NCBI GenBank assembly: GCA_030141605.1
Contig: JAQGDQ010000145.1
Location: forward strand, 124,001 to 188,000
Origin: Tubiluchus corallicola
Lineage: Eukaryota > Animalia > Priapulida
Direction: 5' to 3'
Length of the DNA stretch: 64,000 bases
Part shown: positions 12,301 through 24,300 of the stretch, one piece after another
Position numbering within the stretch: the stretch's first letter is position 1
Layout of the letters: every line of letters begins with the position of its first letter
The notes under the pieces: model-generated
The model's database searches: none
What the model was told of the DNA's origin: nothing
Seen by the model: the letters and a program-made list of their open reading frames with translations, nothing else
Position numbers and translations under genes: made by a program

Positions 12301-15300
12301 TTGCATGAATCTCGTGCACAAATGTGAAGTAACAAATAAAAAAGCAAAGTGATCTTACAAAGGTGAATGATAAACAATGATATGGGCCAAATTCGTTACA
12401 ATAATGACATTTCTAGAATAATATTGATATAATAACGATAAAAATTAATTTTTCGTATCGATACGAAAATCGATAATCATCCATGCGTATCGTTATCGCT
12501 AACATCCCAACCTTCAATGACACACCCTGCCGACTATCTGAATAAAAATGAATGGACTTGCTGCCGTTCTTTGTTGCGGCTTACACCCACTAAAATAATT
12601 TATACAGAGACATTTTTAAACAACTTACCTTTGTGTTTTGCCACTATATGAGAATAGAGGTCCCCCGGAGATTTAAAGTTGTTCCCGCAATAACCACAAT
12701 GTGACGCAGATGTCAAGTTCAAGACAGGCACTTGTGCTGGCTTAGAATATGGGTAAGCCAAACTATCCGAGTGAGAATCTAGATATGACCCTGAATAAGG
12801 CTTAGCAAGTCCATATGGGTAGCAGGTCATCTGAGAAGTACAGACAGCTGTAGTTGTTACATCAGTAGGCAAAACAGATGTATTTATGTTTGACATGCGA
12901 TTTGCAGGTACTGCTAATGGAGATACTATTGCACTTGATGTAGTGGGAACAGAAGACTTGCTTGAAGATGCAACATGTACCACAGAAGCAGACAAACTAG
13001 GAAAGCCACTGCTAGCAGATGACCATGATCCACTACCGTTCAAGCTGGAGCTCATGCCACTTACAGTAGCTGGTGTTCTTGCATCTGCCACCTGGCAGGA
13101 ACATGTCCCATATGAATGTTGTCCAGAACCACACATTGATGATTCAGGAATCCGGATAGCTGTATATAAATGTGAAGAATCACTGACACTAGTTATGCCA
13201 CAGCTGCTGCTCTGTGACGACCTAAGATGTGTGGAAGCAACAATGTTGTTGAAGGGTCTGCATGAGTACACAGTGGTAAAATTCGTCAAATTTTGGCTGC
13301 TGTTTTGTAAACAATCAGATATATATGTCTGGTTGTGTGTTCCACCTATGCCAGTTGTTACACTGCTAGTGGCAATTACAGACTGACTTGCTTCTGCTAC
13401 AGTAACCGGTGAAGCGAGACTGGTACTGAAAGAATTATTACAAGTTGCACTCTGATTAAATAAGGCGAAACTGTTACTCGGATGAGTTGACATGCTCTGA
13501 ACTGATGCGTGCGGATCCAGAATTACTCTGAAAAAAATATGGTGACATCGTTATTGACAGTTCACAGAAGCTACATCTCATATGTTTGCAAGAAGAAGCA
13601 ACTGATTTAAATATAATTTTTATTGAAGACGTAACATCATACTGGGCTTGAGACAGACAGTTTTACAGCTGACATACATTCGCCCCTAGTGCAAGCAAAA
13701 CGCTGGACTGATGTCTGAGAATGGTAATCACAATGTACAGAGAAATGTTGCAATAATTATGAACATTACTATATTACAATAGTAACATAGTTAACACAAT
13801 TTGAAGCACTTAGTGTATGAAATAAAAAACTGTACTAATACAAAAATTTGAGTGCTCACAGAATTATCTAGGGTATGGTTCCCTCGCAAGATTGTAAACA
13901 AAGCATTGTCAACTGTTTTTGCCATAATGCATGTAACTTGTTATTTTGTATGAACTATTGTTCTCAACTTTACAAACACAGTGTATTTGTTCCATAAGTA
14001 CATAGTCTGTAACTTAATTCTACTTATGAAACACTTGGTCATTACTGAATTAGCTGCCCTCTTTACTACCAGGCCAGACATGATTTACTTACATACCTCT
14101 GCAGTCTTTTTTCAGCTTTTAATATCAGAGATTTGTAAATAAATCATGTCTGGCCTGATGGTAAAGAGAGAGCTAATTAAGTAATGACCAAGTGTTTCAT
14201 AAGTAATACCAAGTTACAGACTGTGTACATATAGAACAAGTACATTGTGTTTTTATATAGTTGAGAAAAATATTTCATATAAAGCAACAAGTTACGTGTA
14301 TAATAGCAAAAATAGTTGACAATGCTTTGTTATATAAATATTATAAAATTACCTTTCTAAGTTTATGATGTTCTGAGATGTATTTGACAGATATGTACTT
14401 GTTGCTGGTTTTGCATCAGACTGTTTATTTAACAAACGGACAGGAGCTTGTGGCCAGCCATGGCATACTTTTTTCTTCTTTGGTGAAGCAAAATCTACAA
14501 CTGGGAGTTGTATAAATTCAGGCTGCGTCCCGTCTACAACAGCATTAGAGGAATTACTAACCTGTCGTGTGTTACCACGGGTTACTTGATCAGCGATGTT
14601 GCTTTCAACAACAGTCTCTGTATTAGAAAGACAGTTTGGCATCTTATCTGCAAACGAGGCATTGTTTACAAGTGATTTTAGCAATGGTGATGCCTTACTC
14701 TGATCATGTTCTTCAGTACAATGTCCATTTTCAATTACTTGTGCAATCGCAGGAGTTAGATTAGTAACCAAAGTACTAGTACTGGCTGAAGCAATCAGTG
14801 GTTGTAAAGGTTTTTCATTTATCATATTTTGTTGCTCAGTGTTACCACCTGAACATTCAGTGTGTGGAGTTAATGATTTGTCATGGTGACGAGCTAATTG
14901 TTCACTAACAGACTGGCATCCATTACCAGTGCAATGTTGCGAAAATAACATGGCTGTATCAATTTCTTTCTGAATTTGCTCATTGAAGCATTTAGGATGT
15001 TTGGGATGCTGAGTTTTCAAATGAATTTCTAGTCGTCTCTCGCTGAAAAAGATCGCATTGCAATGAGGACATTTACGTTCTTTATGTTTCTTCCTTTCGT
15101 GCTTATTTTCATGTCGCACCATTTGCAGAAACAAATCAAACCGTTTTGGACATTGCCTGCACTGAAACTTCTTGTGGCCATTTGAGGGATGGTAATGAAA
15201 GGTTGTACTAGCTACACAGGGGCTTGCAGCACATTCGCCAAGCGCTTTTTCCTGATATGCAGAGCTTGAGACATTCATATTTACCTCTGATAAATTAGGT

Positions 15301-18300
15301 ACTGTATTAGAATGTATCTGGTCACTAATACTTGACATAAGTATGGGATTTGGTAGTCCACGATTTAATTCTGTCTTGTTCATGTTTGTTACCATAGAAT
15401 CAACATTAACTATCATTGGTGCAGAACTATCACTAATTAGCTCTTTGTCAATATCAATCACCTTAGCAGTTACACCTAAGTCAGATGAAGATCTTGGATT
15501 ATTATTTTCAGCATTACCAGATATGGAACTCGGGCCGCTTCTACATCGACGCTTGCCATGACGCACTTGCCCAGCATTCTCACTCAAAGATTTTATTCTG
15601 CATTTTTCACTACCAGTACTTTTAGTTAATTCTCCCCTCTGTATTTCTGAACCATCATTTCTCCTATGTTTAGCTTTCTCTTTAATGGGCTTTGGAAGAG
15701 CCGCTTCGTTCTTTTTCTCATTTGTAGCTACCACCTCAGGTTTGCCTACAAAAACATGTGGACGAGTTTGCCTGTGTGTGTCATGGGAAGGCGTTTTGTT
15801 TCGTTTTCTTGATGCTGGAAGATTTGTGACTTGATTTGATGAGGATGTAGAAGTAGCAGGACTTGATTGCACAATTACATCACCAGCATCAACACTACGT
15901 ACACGCGATACAGATGTTACATTCGTAGAGCACACAACATTTGGAGACGTTGGATAAGCTTGACTGTAAGTGGATTTAATGGGTGCTTTGGAAGATTTGT
16001 CAATTCCATTTGAAACCCTTAGAGAACTAGGATCTTGCAAAACAGCTTTTACCACCATGGAAGCATTTTCGCTTTGTTTTTCCGCATCCTTAGTCTTCTG
16101 ATCATCTGAGCTTTTCTGAAAAGTTCATACTGTTCTTTAATTCTGTCATAACTGTATAAATAGTCACATGTGAAGAGAAACATGCCATGGAAAACTACCT
16201 CTATAGAGAAATATGTGGTACGAGTGTCATACTGTTCCAGGACCATTCAGCATATATACATACATTGTATAGCTCATATAACATACGTTATGCAGCAAAT
16301 ACAAAGCAAATTATTGTATTAATCTAAAAAAAACTCTTCAAATAAAATTAGAGACAAAACATTTTAAGCGTTCCTGCTGATCAAATTATCTCTATTAGTT
16401 TAGCCCAATAAACACTTGGTTGTTTGGGAACTTTAGGAACAAGTTGCTTTTCACAAAATACCCGTTCCCAGGGTAGGTTTACACGATAGGCTAGAACATC
16501 TTAAAAACAATCCTACTACATCAATATAAAGCCAAATGAAATACAAAACATGAATGTTATAGTCGTTACCATGTCAAACCTTTCGCATCAAACTAAAAAA
16601 ATGAATATTTAATTGGCAAATGAACATTCCATTGTACAGTATCCATACTTTATATTAAATGGCTAAAAAACTCACGTATGTATTCTTGTCAGTATGAACA
16701 GTATGACGATATTTGATATGCTGACTCAGGTGGTCTTGCAACTGAGATAAAAAACCAAAAACTCTTCCACATAAACAACATTTGACCAGCAGTCTCTGCT
16801 GTTCTGTTGTAGCATTAAAACCATTGACAAATGTCACAGCAGGCGTTTCTGACAGCATGACATATCTGCATAAAGAAAACAAATAGAACTTTGAAAATAC
16901 ATGCCGCATGACAGAGAAAATTATAGGCTACCAAAATTGCAATCTGAGTTTAAAATCAACATAGTTTTAGCATGTATAGGGTGTTTAGTTGCATCTGCTT
17001 GTCAGCACAAAATGAAAATAAATGGAGCTATACTCACTGGGCCAGGTCTCAGAAAGACCTGGAACAATATCATTTTTTTATTCAAAAGATCAAAAAATGA
17101 GTCCCTCTGTGTGTCTGAATATGAAATAAAATCAAAGGAAATGAACCTAAAATCACCAAGCGTTATACACTGGGACAGGTTAGGGCAAGGCTTGGAAACC
17201 AATTACTTTTTGACTGAAAGTTCAAATGTCAAAGTCGCAAAGTAAAAAATGCATCTCAAACTCTGCCTGTGTGTCTGCTTATACAATAATATCAAAACAG
17301 ACAAGACAATATATATATATATAAACACCAGGATACATGAGACAGGGATACTATGGCTATAATCATCAAACTTGGAAGAGAGACATGTCCTTATTCAGAC
17401 TTGGAAACCGAATGGTGATGGAGAAAGCAAATTCTTAAAATAAACATAACAGCCAGCACCTACATAAGTAAAGGCATGGTGAATAGGAAACTTATTGCTT
17501 TTTATTCAAAATGTCTATGGTAAAAATGACAAGCGCAAAAAATGTCAAAAATACATCTGTTTGTGTACCTGACAATACTTTTAATGAAAATACATGAGGC
17601 TGTAAATCAAATCAAATCAATTTATTTCACTCCAGCAATACGTATACAATACATCAACATACAATGTGATCGAAAAAAAACAGTATAGGTAAAAAACATT
17701 GATGAAGTCAAATTAATCAAATAAAAGAGTTACTGTAAGACACCTTGAAAGCTTGGCTTGTTAAGGTGGGTGGTACAAATGAGTGAATTAAAGAATGGTT
17801 AGGGTTATTAGACATGATGAAATGGAAAAAAATAGTAAGATTAGGGATAGGAAGAAAAGAAGAGCGGAGAGGAAACGACCACAGTGTATGTTTAATTTAC
17901 ATAGAGCTATATTAAAATAGTATTATAATTAATGGGAGGCCATGCCATACATCATGACTGCATGAGACATGGAAGCATCAAAATTGTATTATAAGTATGA
18001 ATCAAGAATGGTGCTTTTCAAGTACTTTTTGAAACTATAAATAGTTTTGTGTATTTTTACTTGGGCACATAGTTTATTCCAGTTGTTGGGGGCTGTGAAT
18101 TTAATAAAGTGCCTAGCACTATTAGTACGACAGTAAGGAACATACATAATATTCATTGAACATTGTAAAATGATATTTAAGATTTGCTGCAATAGGATTT
18201 GTAAAGGAAGTGGGAAACAAGTTGTAGTATGCCTTGTACAAATAAATAGATATACAATCACGTATTCTAGGATTAATATACCACATTCATTAAATAAAGA

Positions 18301-21300
18301 CATAACAACAGTGGTACGTTTAGATAAATTGTTTAGTATTCTTATAAACTTTCTTTGATGCCTAGATAAACTTATTAAATTGGATGGATAAGATGTACCC
18401 CATATAATGCAGCAATAACTTAAGTACGGTAATACCAATCAATTATACAGTTATTATTATTGTTATAAATCTTTTATTAACCTCTTTTTGCAGGTATACA
18501 ATGAATCATTTCAATCTAATATATCCAAAGGAAATACAATTATACATTATGACACAGGTAACAAAAGTACAACTAGATCCAAAAACAAGTAACACAAAAA
18601 GACATTATGAATAATTGTAGACAATGGAAAGAACAAGTTGACACACAATACTCAGATGTTGTTTGTACATATAATACAAGAAAAATAATTACACAAAATA
18701 CAACATTCATGTACAAACTATATAAATAATCACAACTAGAACTAGTAGCAACTATGTTTCAGAAAGTTTGCTCATATTTATGTTAAGCTTACCCTATATC
18801 GTTATAATTATAACAAAATATATAAACTTATTTATCTTACTGTTTTTACACACTGTATATGCTCAGCTAACCCGAAGTAATAAAAACTATATTAGACTTT
18901 TGTAAATAATATCTTTCACCACTTGTATAAATTTATCACAAACTAATGCGTTTCTTTTAAGGTAAATCTCTCTTAATTCCCGGTTGGGCACAACATCGAT
19001 ATCGATAAGATTATACAGTGTTATAAGATGAAATTTGTGTAATTTATTTTTAATAAAATTAATTATTCCCAGATTCTTACCAATTTTTAAACTGATAAAA
19101 TTGATATGTAGTCTCCAGTCAAGATTTTCATTAATTACAACGCCTAAGAATTTTTTATTTGGAACTCTTTCGATTGCCTGTCCTTCAATGTATAGGTTAA
19201 TGTCATTCGAGAGCCTTTTATTTTTAGAGTGAAAAAAAATGCATTTTGAGTTGGATTCAATGACAATTTGTTTGCTTTAAACCAATCAGCTATTAATGGA
19301 AGTTTATTATTTATTTCAGGCACAGAATAAGATTATAAATCAAAAAATAATGTGGTGTCATCCGCAAATTGAAATGGGTTATTGTTGGTCAAAACATTAG
19401 ACAGGTCATTGATATATATAAAAAATAATAGCGGGCCAAGAATGGAGCCTTGTGGCACCACACTTCATGGAATGAGGGCTGGATAGACAATTATTGCATC
19501 TAACTATTTGGCTTCTTACACAAATATAATTACTAAATCATTCATTCGAAATTGGCCGTTGTTAAGTATGTTATTTTTGATTAAATACGCATCTTTCGAG
19601 TATCTTAGAAAAAAAGGGTAGCAGGGATATTGGTCTGTAGTTATTTAGGTTCGTGTTGTTACCAGTCTTGTGGAGTGGTACTATAAGAGCTTGTTTCGTC
19701 TTCATGGGAGTAATGCCACTACTAAGAGATTTACTTAAAATCTGAGTTATAGATATTAATATTTGAAGAAATATATCTGCGATTCTAGGTACGTAGTTGT
19801 CAATGCCGGGACTCCTATTGACATTTAGCGAATTGCATATATTAAGAACGTCTTTACAAGTAATTGGATTAAAAAACAACGAATTGGGGTAGTTACCTTT
19901 TAAGTGTTCACTAAAATGACGATTTGACATGTTAACATTCTCAGCAAGTGATGGTTTAACATTGGCAAAATATTCATTGAATTTATCAGCAATTAATTTG
20001 TTTTTTGTTTCATTTATTTGTTATTTATTTATTTAATTTGATTTTGCATTTGGCCTTTATTGCCTTCATAGTTGTCAATGTCATTTTTATATTATTTTTA
20101 TACATTTCTAATCTAAGCTTATAATAGTTATCTCCAAATGTTTTAACAAGGCTGTTTAATTTGTTACGATATTCCTTGAATTTTTTAGTGTTGCTCTGTA
20201 CATTTTATTTTCCTTTCTAATCGAATTTAATAATCCAACAGATATCCAGCATTTTTTGTTATGGTTAAGATTGATTTGTGTATGTTTCGCTCTTATATAT
20301 GCGAGCTGTAAATATTATTAAATTTATCGTAAAAAATTTCTGTGGCTAAATTAGGATCTGGCTCTAACAGAGCGTCATCCCAATTAATGCTAGATGACTC
20401 GTTTTTAAGGGCTGTTTTGATCAAATCAGCGTAAATAGTTTTAACATGGAAAGTCTTTTGCATAGGAGATGGTAGGTTAAAATCAGTGAAAATCAGTGAT
20501 TGTAAAAATAGGATAGTGGTCAGTGATATCAGTAAGCAGTATGTATACCGGGTTTGTGATGGTACTGAATGACGTTGTCGAAAATGTTGTCGTAATCACT
20601 AAACTTGGCCTATCGACAAGGAAACTTAATGATCTTTTGTTAAAAAGGTTCAAAATCATGACCACAAGGTAAAAAATGTCGAAATCAATTTTTGTCCATA
20701 ATGCTTTCAAATGATGGCATGGATCAGCATCCCCGTAACACCTGTACCCTAATTAAAAAGGGCAAGGTTGTCAAGCAGACTACTGCTGTCAAGTACGATT
20801 TCACGTTGAGTTCAGATAGCTACAGTGCAATTCATTTCAATTCAATTTAGCTTATTTGCTCAAATATGAGAAAAGTACATACATTAACAAAATGACCCGT
20901 GATTTATAACTATTACACGAAGTACTTCAATACATTAATACGTGCATACATACAAAGATGAACAGCCTATATTTACATCAGACAAAATAATGTTATTTCC
21001 AAACAGCATTCCTCATTATTGTTTATGTATGGTGTGGAGAGTTTTGCTTGCATGCATTCATTGATAAAGCTACCAACCAGTAATAACTATGACCTCAACA
21101 ATTTTGGTTGGTAGCTTTATCAATGAATGCATGCTTTGTAGACCAAACAAAACTCCAATAATAACTATGACCTCAACAATTTTGGAGTTAAAGAGAATGG
21201 TGCTTACGTGTTCGACATTGCGCACTTGTCAGGAGTCAGCATTGCACATTAACATGTTGATCACAATCAACTACGCAGTCACATTACTTCTTTAATAAGT

Positions 21301-24300
21301 TTACTAAATACACAACAAATACCACTAGTGTCGTTTCACAAACAAGCTTATGTTGTCGCTAAGCACTGTAAAGTGGCGTTTACCTAGCATCCGGAACGCG
21401 TACGCGTTATGGCGTGCGGCATAGATAAAATCGCTTTATATTGTTATATTGCTTCAATGCACCCGTTTACCAGACCTGCGTTGTGCGCAATTTTTTTTCT
21501 GCAGTTATTTCCTATTAATCGTTTTATACGCAGCTATTCCGCAGGTGGATAACGCATAACACGTACGCATTCCGGATGCTACATAAACGACACTGTCGTC
21601 GATACTTTGTTTGAGACAACATACCAACTAACCAGAAGAACAAGTGCATTACAATAAGAAAGTTAACTGTGTGAGGGTGGTCAGGCTAATGGGGGGGGGG
21701 GGGGGGGGAATGCGCGTCATTTATCTTTTACTGCCAACCAATGCCGGCTGCTAAGAAAAAATAATCGCTCTGGGTCACTGCCCATCACCCCATCCATGAC
21801 CTACTGCTACTGTATACACTACACATATAGAGATCACATTTGCTAGCTCAAATACAGTATATACCAATCGATGTGCTTAACCCTTATGTCACGATCGTCT
21901 CTTACATTTTTAGTTACCGTTTGAAACAGAATGACTGAAAGAAATAATACAGTAGTTCTTCTTCACCCACTCACTCAGATTGCGCAGTATGTCCCTACCC
22001 AGTAAAGAGCGTAAGCGTTTGCCCTATCCCATCTCAGCAGCTTAGCTTTTTAAGTCAAGCATTTATGTTGATTATATAGTTGTGATGATAAAGCAAATGG
22101 TGCACGCATGTACATCAAATATTGAACCACGGTACCTACATTAGTTAGCTTACCAATTCTGATCCTACCTACATTAATTAACCTACCAATTCTGATCCTA
22201 TGTATATTAATTAACCTACCAATTCTGATCCTGTGTACATTAATTAACCTACCTGTATTATTTAACCTACCAATTCTGATCCTGCCTATATTCCTTAACA
22301 TACCAATTCTGATCCTACCTATGTTAATTACCTTACCAATTCTGACCCTATTTGTGTTTCAAGCTTCACATGTGCAGTTTTCAAAATAGGAATATCAAAA
22401 CCATACAATAATGGTAATGAGAGCCAATATGCCAAGAACATTTTTGTTTCACTTATTGTTTAACACAAAGTTATTGCAACAAACATATCTATCTCTTTCT
22501 CACGGTTATATAAGTTAAGAACCTGGCCTAGTGACGAAATTCCACATTTCAAGGTCAAATATTATGATTCATTTAACAAACTGAGTTGACAATGAAATTC
22601 TAATTCAATTAGTTTCAATTTTAATTTATTTATCTCTTTATTATACTACAATAACACATTACTAATAAAAGAACCACTTATAAGTTGGAAGAATGGTTAA
22701 AATTAATAGACAGATCTAGAACTAGAGAAAGGATAGCGAAAAGACTATAAAGTCACCTAGTCTGCTGTCCTTTACTGAATATAGATAAAATGATTGTTAA
22801 ACACTGGTGGGCATTAATGTTGTCAGTTTAATTTATGAAACATTATTAATTTTTAAAATTATGACATTAGCTATATAATTAAATAATCCAGGGTAAAGAA
22901 AATACATGTACTATAAATCAGTGGGCAACAGAATAGGGTCAATCTTGCATAAACTATAAATAGCATTTTGATTTTGAGTGAAAAACAGGTCAATTTGCTA
23001 TGTAATAATAAAAACACTTTGGGTGAATAATGCAATTAAACAACAACAAGAATTAAATACATTTTGGTTTGGGTTCAACTTCATCATTTCTAGGCTTATT
23101 GATTAAAAATAAATCCACTGACTTGGACAATAATACTAAATAAAATAATTTCGAATACGTTGATAAGACAAACGTCTAATTGCTTACTGCTTATGGCAGT
23201 CTATCAATTCAAGAATAGCTAACTAGGATTAAATAAAACTAATAAAATATTAAACTAATTTGCATTATCTCAGCAATACACGACGTAAAACAGTTTAACT
23301 TTTTTAAGATGGTGATGTTGGGAAAAAATGACTAACTGATTGGATCATTGTGATTTTAAGCTTTACTAATGTGCTAAATTTGCTAATTCAAATACTGCCT
23401 GTACATAGCAATCTGCACATGTGGGGTAAGTGTTCAAATGATAAATGTTTCCAAAGCAACAACAGAGAAACTGTCCAGCACTTTCTCAAAGGCGGTAAAA
23501 ACAAACTAGAAGACAGCATATATACCTAAGGGGGACTTTACTGGGTAGACTCCTTTCCCAGAATGCTTTTTCCAAGAAAAGCTTTTTGCGAGAAAAACTT
23601 ACTTCCCAGAAAAAAATCATATTGATCTTTGCATATGTGTAATAGTGAGTGGTCATGGCTTACTGCTTATATGCTGCTGAAGTTAAGCAGTGCTGTGCCT
23701 GGCAACTTTGTTTGGTGACCGCTTAGGAATGTCACACTTGGGCAGTCTCTTTTACTGTGATTATGAGTAATTTCATTTTTTTCCCAAGAAAGGGAGAGCA
23801 AAAGGAAAGGAGAGAAGTGGAGGGAGATGCAGAACAAGATGGGTAAAAGATACGGACTGGGGAAGGAGAGAAAAAGAGAAGATGAGTAGAAGAGAAATAG
23901 GGGGAGAGACAGAGGAAAAGAGAGAGATAGAGAAGAATAGAGAGAGGGAAGACAGAGGAAAGAGACAGGCAAGGAGAGGAGAATAGATAGGAAGACAGAG
24001 AGATAAAGAGAGAGAAGCAAACAGAAAAAGAAAAATCAAAGGCATTCTAGCAAAATAGCAGATTCAGCAATTAAAAATGTAACTGTGATTTTTCTCTTAA
24101 AAAATCTTTCTTGGGAATGTTTCTTCTGTGAAGCAAGCTTTCTTAAGAAAAATATTTTCTGGGAATTTTTCTAGCAATTTTTTTTGAGAAAGTTATTTTG
24201 TCGAGGAAATGCTTTTCTGTGAAAACATGTCTGGAAAACACTTTTTCTGGGAAACGGACCTACACCACCTATAGGCGTAAAGATGTTTTATGGCATCAAT

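Noticed and set aside
12600-12628. TAA at 12600 as the sole end of the ZNF gene
   Set aside because: A consensus donor at 12629 links in phase to a downstream finger exon; the stop is kept only as a possible isoform.
12886-13386. 166-aa + strand ORF
   Set aside because: Antisense shadow of the Ser/Thr-rich ZNF exon with no recognisable domain. The same applies to 15343-15561, 25153-25404 and 25620-25931.
22050-22301. Repetitive [12 protein letters not shown]
   Set aside because: Translation of the 33-bp minisatellite, with no splice or homology support.
23667-24045. Hydrophobic Leu/Ser/Phe ORFs resembling membrane proteins
   Set aside because: They are translations of a CT/GA low-complexity tract.
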